Of a stretch of 64,000 bases of DNA, positions 10,440 through 19,759 are shown one piece after another. The stretch comes from an uncultured Desulfatitalea sp. (lineage in GTDB: Bacteria; Desulfobacterota; Desulfobacteria; Desulfobacterales; Desulfosarcinaceae). Below the pieces are notes generated by a model that searched no databases, was not told where the DNA came from, and saw nothing but the letters and a program-made list of their open reading frames with translations. The stretch spans positions 192,001 to 256,000 of the forward strand of contig CAXXMB010000002.1 in the NCBI GenBank assembly GCA_963668675.2, given 5' to 3'. How positions within the stretch are numbered: the first letter of the stretch is position 1; every line of letters begins with the position of its first letter. A program made the position numbers and the translations under genes.

Positions 10440-11558
10440 ATGGTTACTAAGAAATGCACAGGCATAGTATATGGAAACGATACCACCCAACGTCTTAAAC
10501 AGATGGGATGGACTTCCCATTTTCAAACCCAGTTGGAAGGTTTTTGCAGTGATGATTTTATTCCGGCAAGAGTGGTCGGAGTAAGAAAAAATGCCTTTCG
10601 TATCCAAAATGGAGAGAGAGAATGGCTCGCCACCCTGGCAGGAAGGCTCACGCACCGACCCCATGTTTTGTATCCAGTGACAGGGGATTGGGTCCTCATG
10701 TCCGACACAGTCATTTTCAAGGTGCTGAACCGAAAAAATGCACTCTCCCGTGGCGCTTCAGGCACACACGGGAAACAGGATGACCAGGCAAAAAGAGAGC
10801 AGGTAATTGCGGCAAACCTCGATACAGTATTTGTCGTTTGCGGTCTGGATCGGGATTTTAACCTGCGTCGCATCGAACGTTACCTGACACTGGTCTACAA
10901 CTGCGGCCTGAATCCCGTCATCGTCCTGACAAAAGCAGATCTACACCAGGATCCATTGGCTTTCGTTAGTGAAGTTGAAGCCGTTGCTTTCGGGGTTCCG
11001 ATACACTTGGTCTCTGCACTGGATTTTACGGGGTTGCACCCTCTCGAACAATATCTATCTCCAGGACAAACCACCACTATGGTTGGGTCTTCAGGTGCCG
11101 GCAAATCCACTCTGGTAAATCGGCTCTATGGGAAAACGATACAAGCCACAGCATCTGTGAGTGAACGTATCAGGAAAGGGAAGCACACAACTACTTCGAG
11201 GGATTTGATCATGATGCCCCAGGGAGGAATGGTGATCGACAATCCCGGTATTCGTGAAATCGCATTCTGGAACGATGACGACGGCATCGATGCCGCCTTT
11301 CCAGAGATTGAAAACCTTGCCGGGCATTGCCGATTTTCCAATTGCAGTCATATGCACGAACCCGGCTGCAGGGTCCTTCAGGCGGTAACTGACGGTGAGA
11401 TTTTGCAAGACAGGCTGGAAAGCTACCAAAAAATGAAACGCGAGCTGATATATCTATCCAACCGACAGCACAAGAGTGCCGACCGAGTGGAAAAGGAACA
11501 ATGGAAAAAGGTGGCTTTAAAAATAAAAGAGATGAAAAAAGGGAAGAAAATTAGGTAG
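10440..11558 (+). CDS. rsgA: Ribosome small subunit-dependent GTPase A (long type)
   Basis: VTGDWV, AANLD, TKAD, GSSGAGKS, GKHTTT, DNPG, CRFSNCSHMHEPGC zinc finger; start at ATG after GAGGAG. Confidence 0.95.
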   Translation: MVTKKCTGIVYGNDTTQRLKQMGWTSHFQTQLEGFCSDDFIPARVVGVRKNAFRIQNGEREWLATLAGRLTHRPHVLYPVTGDWVLMSDTVIFKVLNRKNALSRGASGTHGKQDDQAKREQVIAANLDTVFVVCGLDRDFNLRRIERYLTLVYNCGLNPVIVLTKADLHQDPLAFVSEVEAVAFGVPIHLVSALDFTGLHPLEQYLSPGQTTTMVGSSGAGKSTLVNRLYGKTIQATASVSERIRKGKHTTTSRDLIMMPQGGMVIDNPGIREIAFWNDDDGIDAAFPEIENLAGHCRFSNCSHMHEPGCRVLQAVTDGEILQDRLESYQKMKRELIYLSNRQHKSADRVEKEQWKKVALKIKEMKKGKKIR

Positions 11559-12098
11559 TACTCCGAAACGGAAGGCAGAGAACAGGATCGAAAAAGTGCA
11601 CATACAAGAGGCATCGGAAGCAGATTTGAACGACGTGCTGTTATAGGCGCTGCATGGATCAGCCATGAACAAGCGACCAGCTGCTCTTTATATCGCACAC
11701 TTCGATCATTCGTCCCCTATGCACACAGCGCAAATCAAAGGCTTTGATAGCGATCCAACACCAATTGGGTGATCATACAGAAAGCGTGGGCATGCAACTA
11801 TGTCCTCAGGCCTTTTTATTATGTGGATTCAGGAAATACGTTAAGTTCGAAGCACAGTCTGATCTGTGATAAATTGAGATAATCACACGAATCGCCTGTG
11901 TTACTATTATAAACGGTAATCAGAAATTTCGGTGGAATGAGAATTTTTGTGGTTACTCCACTATAACCGTAATCACCCCAATGCTGAGGATATGTTTTGC
12001 TATACCCAACTATGGGGCCACGAAAAACGTGTGTCATTGAGCTAATCCCAGGAATCGTTCAACTTGAGATTAGTTCGTTTTAAGAAAGGAAGGCGACA

Positions 12099-12836
12099 TC
12101 AGCCGCCAAAGCCCCCGGCGCCCTTAAACAGCATCATCGCGCCCAAGGCGAAAAGCAGGATGTATATGGTTCGCTTGTAAAGGCCCTGGCCGATGTGGTC
12201 GAATAGCCGTACACCGGTGAAAACACCGGCCAAAAGGGGCAGAAGGCAGTGAATGAAGTGGTGTGCGACCTCCATAGTAACCAGGCCGGTAAAGAACTGC
12301 AGTGCAAGGATCAGCGTGCCGCCGATGCAAAAAAACGTTACCAGGGTGGCCTTGATCTGGTGTTTAGACCATGGTTGCAGGGCCGTATAAACAATGACAG
12401 GCGGACCTGAAGCTCCAATGCTAGCGCCCAGAACCCCGGAACTGAAGCCGGCGGCCAATGTCCAATAGCGCTTCAATTCAGCTTTGGACGACCTGTGCTG
12501 CCAAGTCGCGGCAGCCGTGGCGATGACCACGCCTCCCACCAACAGCTCCAACCACTGCGGTTCGACCGTTTTGAGTATATAAACGCCCACCGGCACCCCC
12601 GGCAGTGAGGCAATCAGCAGTGGCAGCCATTTGCGGGTCTGAACGTGACGGGCGAGTTGGCACATGAGGATGACGTTCATCACCAGGCCGAGCATCATGA
12701 TCAGTGGGATGGCGGTCTTAATGTCTACGATCAGCACCATGAGGGGAAGTGCTACCAGCATCACACCGAACCCGGTCATTCCTTGAATCAGGCCGCCCAA
12801 AAAAGCTATCAGGCACAGATAGACCGTATCAGCCAT
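12099..12836 (-). CDS. Sulfite exporter TauE/SafE family membrane protein
   Basis: GLIQGMTGFG and GASIGASGPP repeats, about 8 TM helices. Confidence 0.88.
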   Translation of the reverse strand: MADTVYLCLIAFLGGLIQGMTGFGVMLVALPLMVLIVDIKTAIPLIMMLGLVMNVILMCQLARHVQTRKWLPLLIASLPGVPVGVYILKTVEPQWLELLVGGVVIATAAATWQHRSSKAELKRYWTLAAGFSSGVLGASIGASGPPVIVYTALQPWSKHQIKATLVTFFCIGGTLILALQFFTGLVTMEVAHHFIHCLLPLLAGVFTGVRLFDHIGQGLYKRTIYILLFALGAMMLFKGAGGFGG

Positions 12837-13612
12837 GCGGCAATAACCGTAAGCCCTGTATTTCAAGCTTTCTGGCTACGTTTTTTGGGCTTTTGAAACG
12901 GCAGCAAACTGTGTTGTAGCGTCCACACCCTATCCACATATGACGTTATTTCTCCTATTTTTATATTTTACACCTTCATAAATTTCAGAAATAGTAATCC
13001 ACCAGCATTTCCGGGTCAAGCAATCGGCTCCAGGTACTCAGGAATTTTGACACGCTGAGACTTCTTGCGGTTACCCCACATATTTGTAACTTAGCCTTGC
13101 CTTTGGTCAGGTCGTTTTATATGAACGATCAAACCGCAAGTCTGTAGATCCATTTTCATTCAAAACACCGCCCCATTTTTAATTTAAAACAGCGCTTCCG
13201 AGCAGGACAATTTCTAACTTCAAAATCAGTTCCGTTTAATGTTTACAAACTGTGTTGCCATTCGATATGGAGCCGCTCTTTTGGATATTCAGAATATTAA
13301 AATCGGAGGTTATAATGTTGGTGGATCGCACAGCTTACTGCGTTTTTACAAGGCGAAATCCGTTCATCGACAATCTCCTTTTCAAAATTTAAATGATGCG
13401 ATTGACTATATTTGTAAAGTCGGTGCGCCCTTTCACGGTCAATCGTAAAAGACTTGTATCGCTGCGACTTGTTGCCTAAAATTGAAAATGACGAACCAAG
13501 CCGGTTATTCTGCCTCAGCACAAACGCATGGTTCGCGAAACGGATGGTATCGTTCGTCAAACGCGTGATAGGGGTACAGCCATACCGCCAATCAATAGGA
13601 GGAGGCCGTAAG

Positions 13613-14953
13613 TTGAAAAAACTCCGCCAGATCGATCACGAAAATTTATGGAACCGACTGGCACGGGATTTGATTTACGACGCAAAACAGGTTCTGCTGT
13701 ACTGCGGCGTCCGGGTCCCGATGCACAAACGAAACGGGGGGGCCGTCAATTACGGCGACATCGTTAGTCGCATCACCAAAGGCACCGAATACGGCGCCAT
13801 ATACGACCCCACCACACGCCGGATCCACTTTGAACCAGGGTATATCCAGAATATCGTCGACATGGCCAACCGCTTCGACTTTCCGATATATGACAAATCC
13901 TTTGGGCCCGGCGGTACTGCGGGCTTTATTCAAGACGGCGACGCGGAGGAATTCTCACTAAAGGATCCCAGTTTGAACCATATCCTCAAGCAAGCCATGA
14001 TGGCCAATAGCCAGGAAATGCCATTTGCCTACGTCTGTGCGCGGCAACTGGGACGATATGAAATTGAGCAGTTCGGGATCATGACCAACATCTTCAAAGG
14101 GCCGACCTTCTTCAGCGTCGCCACCGAACCCGGTGTTAAGGAGGCACAGAAGTACTTTCGCAAAGGCCATTATGTTATTACCATCCACACCATCTTCCAT
14201 TCACCGCTGACCCTGACCTTTAGGGAGCCCTTGGATACATTTATTCAGTGTGTCGAGCGACAGATTCCGGTGATGCTCGTCACCCAGCCGTTTTCCGGGC
14301 AGAACGGTCCCATGACGCCCTATGGCATTGCATTGCTGGCCTTTGCCGAATTCCTTGCGGGAATGGCTATCGCGTACGCCATCCATCCGGATACGAAAGT
14401 GATCAACGGTGCCTACCCGACGATGTGCACCCCGGGAAAGATCCCGAAGTTGAAAATCGGTTCAGTGGTACATAACTTCACCAATTACCTGGTCGGCTAC
14501 ACAGCACGATTGCTGGATATTGCCAGCATCCAGTCCGGTTGTACCATCGAGGGGCAGGTCCATCGAAGCGAGGTCCTGGAAACAGACTACCAGACTGTGA
14601 GGGGCCTGATTTTATGGGATGACATTTTCGAGGGATGGCACATGGTTCGGCATTGTTACGGCCTACTGGGAGACCTGGCTTTCTTCTCTTTTCGCAAAGC
14701 CGATGACGACATCGCCGCTATGCACCACATCCAGAGCCTGGACGACAACGGTATCACCGCGCTGTTGGCCAACAATGTGCGTTTGAACCGGGACATCCAG
14801 AAAGCCAATATGATCTACCAGAGACCGACGTTGATTTTTGACCGTGAAAAGGGAGCACTGCTGGATGTCATCATCGACACCATTGAGAACTACCGAGGAG
14901 ATTTCGGAAGCCACGAGCACACATTGAAAAACATCCCGGTGGAATGGTTCTGA
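13613..14953 (+). CDS. Trimethylamine methyltransferase (MttB) superfamily-like protein, divergent, no pyrrolysine
   Basis: IFHSPL, PFSGQNGPMTPYGIALLAFAEFLAGMAIAYAIHPDTKVINGAYP (MttB G.T.P.T..G.....AE.LAG pattern), C-terminal F.SHEHTLKN; TTG start after GGAGGAGG. Confidence 0.65.
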   Translation: MKKLRQIDHENLWNRLARDLIYDAKQVLLYCGVRVPMHKRNGGAVNYGDIVSRITKGTEYGAIYDPTTRRIHFEPGYIQNIVDMANRFDFPIYDKSFGPGGTAGFIQDGDAEEFSLKDPSLNHILKQAMMANSQEMPFAYVCARQLGRYEIEQFGIMTNIFKGPTFFSVATEPGVKEAQKYFRKGHYVITIHTIFHSPLTLTFREPLDTFIQCVERQIPVMLVTQPFSGQNGPMTPYGIALLAFAEFLAGMAIAYAIHPDTKVINGAYPTMCTPGKIPKLKIGSVVHNFTNYLVGYTARLLDIASIQSGCTIEGQVHRSEVLETDYQTVRGLILWDDIFEGWHMVRHCYGLLGDLAFFSFRKADDDIAAMHHIQSLDDNGITALLANNVRLNRDIQKANMIYQRPTLIFDREKGALLDVIIDTIENYRGDFGSHEHTLKNIPVEWF

Positions 14954-15221
14954 TCCCTCAGAACCATTGGCTCTTGCATCCATCTGACCCACCGGATAAC
15001 CCACCACCATGCCACCCAGCTGTTGGTCTAAAGGCAAACCCCGTCTACTGTATCTCTGAGAATTTTGAAACCGTTTTCCCTGTAAATTTGATTGTGGTCG
15101 GATAATCTATGTTTTGGGATGCAGGATCTTGGACTATATTGGACTGATAATCACAAGATTTTGGGTATAGCTTTTTATTCTTTATCCTATCTTCAGAGCC
15201 ACCGAAAATGGCCTTGCCCTA

Positions 15222-15437
15222 TCAATCTGTTTCTTGTTTGAATGATAACTTTACCCGGGCACGGTAGTCTCTAACCGTGCCATCTTCATCCACCGTTATA
15301 TCTAATTTAGAAATTTCCGCGACTCTAAGATCCTTCAAAGACTCTGATGCGGTATATACAGCATTGTCCGCTGAAATTTCCCAATTTGCCTGACTTGTTC
15401 CCACCAATTCGATGACTTTGTATACGCTTTCGCCCAT
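15222..15437 (-). CDS. Dodecin (flavin-binding)
   Basis: SVYKVIELVGTS..WE..A..AV..AS.SL.DLRVAE...YRARVKLSFK. Confidence 0.93.
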   Translation of the reverse strand: MGESVYKVIELVGTSQANWEISADNAVYTASESLKDLRVAEISKLDITVDEDGTVRDYRARVKLSFKQETD

Positions 15438-15625
15438 TGATCTCTCCTTTTTGTTTCTCAGTTGATAGTCGAATAAGCGCTACTCACAACATAATGAAAG
15501 CTGCAACATAGGTTAAGAATATTCCAAGAAGATAAGGACTGTCAATTGCTGTTATTACATACCAGTATCTGCTGGTCAGCTCAAGTTGAGGTTATAAACG
15601 GTTACATGAAATTTCAGGGCATACT

Positions 15626-15770
15626 AAATTTGACGAACTCGTGAAAAGTCACTCATGCGTCATGCCGGACTTGATCCGGCATCCAGAAGCCATTGAAAAG
15701 ACTGGATTCCGGCCTTCGCCGCAATGACGGGAAAAGCACTTTTGGGACTTTTTACGAGTTAATCAAATTT
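15626..15770. mobile_element. MITE-like element with internal CGTC-type REP palindrome pair
   Basis: Terminal inverted repeats AAATTTGACGAACTCGTGAAAAGTC / GACTTTTTACGAGTTAATCAAATTT enclose CGTCATGCCGGACTTGATCCGGCATCCAG...CTGGATTCCGGCCTTCGCCGCAATGACG. Confidence 0.8.
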
Positions 15771-16158
15771 GTGAGATATCTCCAACAGATATTAATTTTA
15801 GGCAAGGTGTGATCAGGTCGATAATTCCAACTGCCCCCTTGTAGCGAATCCATTATTGCAGGTTCATTTACAGCTTGAAAACAAAAGCTGAAAAGTAAGA
15901 AATAAATTTCACAATCCTTGAGAAATTTCCCATTCAATACCCCCCGGTAAATTTTATCATTTTTTCATCTTGCCGATATCGCAAAGTTTTTTGAGTTGGT
16001 ACAGTTCTTGTTTAATTTATAGATGCTGCCAATACGATGGGGATGTGTGGCAGCTCTACTGAGCATGATTTAAGACACCGGCGCTGACCCGCGATGGTTG
16101 CAAAATGGTTTGGCAATCGATCAGCTCCCTCGGAATTGATCCATCGGAAAGGACTCAA

Positions 16159-16617
16159 ATGGAAAAGCATATCCATGTCGAAAAACGTTCTGGCCAGGAT
16201 CGTCGCAAGCAGCCACTCTCTTCACTTAAAAGCATGCGATTTAGAGGGTCGCGATTATCGACAAGGCGTGCCAAGGACCGAAAGAAAATCATCGTTTTCG
16301 ATTACTACCGTCCATCTCTGTTTATCAAAATTATCATCGTTCTGAGTTTAAGTCTGATCGATGCCCTTCTGACTTTGATACTTCTGTCACGGGGGGCCAT
16401 TGAACTCAATCCGGTCATGGATTACTACCTCGGCCATGGGCCGGAGGAATTTGTCATCGTCAAGTATGGACTGACCACATTTTCGATTTTACTTATTGTC
16501 CTGTTCAACGATGCCCTCAAGACCCGATACGGGTTGGGAAGCGGAGGCCTCCTGTATTTATTCGCCGCAATCTTTGGAAGCGTCGTCATTTGGCAACTCT
16601 CTCTGTTGTCCATTTAA
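16159..16617 (+). CDS. DUF5658-like small membrane protein with N-terminal ERR/DRR motifs
   Basis: LSLIDALLTL.LL..GA.ELNPVM.Y...F...KY.LT; EKRSGQDRRK N-terminus. Confidence 0.75.
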   Translation: MEKHIHVEKRSGQDRRKQPLSSLKSMRFRGSRLSTRRAKDRKKIIVFDYYRPSLFIKIIIVLSLSLIDALLTLILLSRGAIELNPVMDYYLGHGPEEFVIVKYGLTTFSILLIVLFNDALKTRYGLGSGGLLYLFAAIFGSVVIWQLSLLSI

Positions 16618-16700
16618 ACCAAAATTGCCGCATGCTTCGCCCGAGACAGGTCGTCTCTTGACCTGAGTTCCTCGAAAAGTAAAATTAAGGAAATGATCTT

Positions 16701-17486
16701 ATGAAACCGTTTTTTCGAACCACCCTATCTGTTTTATCCATTTTTCTGGTATTTGGATGCGCCGGCACAGGGAAGGCTCCGGAACGGCTTGATGATAACG
16801 TGAACGACGAAATATATATCTTTGTCAGGGATGAACTGAAAAAAGACAATCAACACATCGATTACGATACGCTTTTGAACATTCATAGCAAGATGGTTCA
16901 AGCGCCTTACCCCTTACCCCATATAGATGAACTGCTAAATGAGTTGATCCATCAAAGAAACGCCGACTTGCGTGTGGATCAGATGGTGCTCATTTGCGCA
17001 GCCGATATCATTGGCAAAAGCAAGTTTCCGATTGCGGGAGCCCAGGAACTCATTGAAAACATCTTGAATGACGCCGACAGAATCAATGACTGGGTTCTTA
17101 TTTTTGTGGCCGATGCAATCGGTTCTTATCTGGTTGATCTCCCAAAAGGCGATCAATTGATCGATAGCATTGAAGCACATCAAGCGAGGATTCAGGCCCA
17201 ATCGGGAGACGGCAGAGAGCAATTTGGCACCCACTTTATGCCGCCACCGAAAAGCGAACGAATACTGTCTTATATTAACGGTATCCAAGACCAGAAAATC
17301 AGGGAGAGCGAACGAAGAGCTTACTACATTCTAATTTACAATAAAATTTCGGAAGACGCCATTGTCTCTGCGTTTAATTACCTGCATTCGGGGGATCTGC
17401 CAAGTACGAATGAAGAATCGAGGCGTCCATTACGATATCTGGTGATCAATTGGCAGTTAATACAAGACAAGCTAAAAGGACACTGA
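16701..17486 (+). CDS. Hypothetical lipoprotein
   Basis: Signal peptide with lipobox LVFG-C; 261-aa ORF with RBS. Confidence 0.7.
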   Translation: MKPFFRTTLSVLSIFLVFGCAGTGKAPERLDDNVNDEIYIFVRDELKKDNQHIDYDTLLNIHSKMVQAPYPLPHIDELLNELIHQRNADLRVDQMVLICAADIIGKSKFPIAGAQELIENILNDADRINDWVLIFVADAIGSYLVDLPKGDQLIDSIEAHQARIQAQSGDGREQFGTHFMPPPKSERILSYINGIQDQKIRESERRAYYILIYNKISEDAIVSAFNYLHSGDLPSTNEESRRPLRYLVINWQLIQDKLKGH

Positions 17487-17723
17487 AGGCATACCTGATC
17501 TTCAAGCATGCAAAAATTCGCACGTGTTCAAGAGCAGGCCGGCCCCTTCTTGACAAAAACTTTTGAACCTTGGGACAGAGCTGGCGAGTTCCGATGGCCA
17601 GGGTCCATGTTGTCACCTTGTGCATTTTAGGTTAGAGTGTTTACCAAGCGGGCCTAAGCAGGCCCATTCTCTTTCAGAAAGCACCTGAAACAGGCCCCTT
17701 GATTAATTGAAAAGGAGGAAGAT

Positions 17724-18515
17724 ATGCCCACAGTGAATGTCAATGGATGCGATATCTACCATGAGATCCACGGACAAGGGGCGCCTCTTGTTTTGATTAT
17801 GGGCTTACGCCGCAATTTAGAATGGTGGTACCATCAAGTTCCAATTTTATCCCAACACTTCAAGGTTGTCGTATTTGACAACCGGGGGGCCGGACGCTCC
17901 GGAAAGCCGGAAACGGACTACTCGATTGGTTTGTTTGCCGACGATACGGCAGCGCTAATGGATGCATTGAACATCGATCATGCCCATATTTTAGGTGTAT
18001 CCATGGGAGGATATATCGCCCAGGAGCTTGCGATCAATCATCCGCAAAAGGTCACTGATCTGGTGTTGGGGTGTACCAGCTGCGGTGGTGAAAAAGCGGT
18101 TTTGATGAGCACCGAAAGGATGGCCAAATTCACCGCCAATCAAAATTTGACCGTGGAAGAAATCCATCACAAAGACATGGATATTTACTTTTCCGATGAA
18201 TACGTCGCCAACAACCCGGAGGCCATTGCGGAATTCCTCGAAATTTCCATGCGGCACTACCAGCCGGCCGATGCCTTTGAAAGACAGTTTGCGGCTTGTC
18301 TGAAACACGATACCTCAGCGCGGCTCAGCCGAATTACACAGCCCACACTCATCATGACAGGTGATGACGATCCCCTTGTTCCGCCAGAGAATTCATTCAT
18401 TCTCAAGGAACTTCTTCCCCATGCACAGCTCTCTTTATTTCCCAAAGGTCACCACTGCTTTTTTATGGAATTCGCCGATCGCTTCAATAAGGAAGTCATC
18501 TCTTTTTTTAAATAG
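17724..18515 (+). CDS. Alpha/beta fold hydrolase
   Basis: FDNRGAGRS, GVSMGG nucleophile elbow, GDDD and GHH catalytic Asp/His. Confidence 0.92.
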   Translation: MPTVNVNGCDIYHEIHGQGAPLVLIMGLRRNLEWWYHQVPILSQHFKVVVFDNRGAGRSGKPETDYSIGLFADDTAALMDALNIDHAHILGVSMGGYIAQELAINHPQKVTDLVLGCTSCGGEKAVLMSTERMAKFTANQNLTVEEIHHKDMDIYFSDEYVANNPEAIAEFLEISMRHYQPADAFERQFAACLKHDTSARLSRITQPTLIMTGDDDPLVPPENSFILKELLPHAQLSLFPKGHHCFFMEFADRFNKEVISFFK

Positions 18516-18548
18516 GCCAGAATGCTCCAGCAGAACACCAGCACGCAA

Positions 18549-18761
18549 TTACCCTCTCCATAACGTCCATGCCAAATCGTTTTTATTTGTACTATGAGAG
18601 AACTTTGATTTACATTTCATGCACAGGTAATCCTGCTCTTTGTAACCTCCAGGGAATTTCCCTTTAAAAATGCGTACGCTATCGACCTTTATCAAGTCTT
18701 TATGTGGTTTTCCATTACGGATCTTTTTTGCTTGCTTCTCACACAGTTCACAGATTTCCAA
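18549..18761 (-). CDS. Small CxxC...CxxC putative zinc-binding protein
   Basis: CELC and CMKC pairs; AAAGGTG RBS upstream. Confidence 0.65.
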   Translation of the reverse strand: MEICELCEKQAKKIRNGKPHKDLIKVDSVRIFKGKFPGGYKEQDYLCMKCKSKFSHSTNKNDLAWTLWRG

Positions 18762-18786
18762 TTTTCACCTTTCTATCTTCTTTTAA

Positions 18787-18857
18787 AGCTAACCAAGTGG
18801 TCAGCACTCCGGCTCAGTAGAACGCTTGACCGATTCTTGGCTGACTTCACGTTTAGA
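18787..18857 (-). other. attC-like palindromic site
   Basis: Minus strand TCTAAAC-GTGAA-GTCAGC...GCTGAC-CACTTG-GTTAGCT; the stop codon of the upstream gene lies in the left box. Confidence 0.5.
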
Positions 18858-19368
18858 GTCCACTACCCAACTCTATCGTGCGCTCAGAATTATACCTTTG
18901 GCAACGCTCCTGAACTGATTGGAACGGCATGCCTTCAGCAAGTTCGTACCGTTCGGCACGAATGAACCAAAATGCCAACCCGCCGGTATTGTGGATAGGA
19001 GATGAGCATTTTTTTGTAGCCCTGACACCCAGCGACCCCTTTCGACCGGTGTTCCGCCAACCACGATTGAGCATGATCATGCGGACCAAAACACCTATGG
19101 CCTGGCGCAACCGCTTGCTCTTCTGGGTGTGTATCTCTGCTAAATACCGATCAATGACTGGAAGCGATTCAAGTTCCCGTACAACGCCGGCCAAAGGGGG
19201 CCTGTTGTGGTGGATCTCAGACTCTTCCATTCGGCGTTGCCTGTCGTCATTGTTGAAGAATTCAAGAACTGCAGCAAAGGGTTGATCCGGATCATTCGCA
19301 ACATCACCAAATCTTCGGCCTTGAATATCTGACAGGAAAATTTTCGGAGTTATCGTCACGCATGCCAT
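18853..19368 (-). CDS. Hypothetical protein
   Basis: About 171-aa soluble ORF ending inside the attC-like site; no family recognised. Confidence 0.65.
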   Translation of the reverse strand: MACVTITPKIFLSDIQGRRFGDVANDPDQPFAAVLEFFNNDDRQRRMEESEIHHNRPPLAGVVRELESLPVIDRYLAEIHTQKSKRLRQAIGVLVRMIMLNRGWRNTGRKGSLGVRATKKCSSPIHNTGGLAFWFIRAERYELAEGMPFQSVQERCQRYNSERTIELGSGL

Positions 19369-19549
19369 ATAGAATCCAATGTTGAAATGTTGATACTGTA
19401 ACACATACATATTTTGCACCTACAAATTTTGTATTGGTTCGAGTTTATACTATATGCCCAAATATACAAGCGCAATCATGTATAAATGCGACTACAACTC
19501 TATATGATCGATGGCAGGCAGGCTTTGGGGTTGAGCCAAAAATCGCGTT

Positions 19550-19603
19550 CTGCTCTTGACTCATTCTGATATTCACCAGTGGGTCAAGGGCAGATCTGAC
19601 CCA
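19550..19603. repeat. REP-like hairpin (CTGCTCTTGAC...GTCAAGRGCAGAYCTGACCC), copy 1
   Basis: Imperfect palindrome; a related copy lies at 22080-22135. Confidence 0.65.
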
Positions 19604-19672
19604 TTTCCATTCATTCTTTGAAGCCAAATTCATCTGTGACCCATCTGTGACCGGCTCCACGGTATATTATAT

Positions 19673-19688
19673 TGGTGCATGCTTTGCG
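19673..19688 (+). promoter_or_regulatory. Candidate sigma54 -24/-12 promoter
   Basis: TGGTGCATGCTTTGCG (GG-N10-GC) about 70 bp upstream of ORF 19760. Confidence 0.4.
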
Positions 19689-19759
19689 CAGCGCATGTAT
19701 TAACCCCACGAGACGCGAGATGAAGATAATCATAAGACCCACATGGGCCTTATCAGCCA

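Noticed and set aside
13239..13612. Small ORFs and the 53-aa N-terminal extension upstream of the MttB-like gene
   Set aside because: No recognisable homology; a strong RBS supports the TTG at 13613.
15997..16011. TGGTACAGTTCTTGT as a sigma54 promoter
   Set aside because: The -12 GC is missing; too weak to call.
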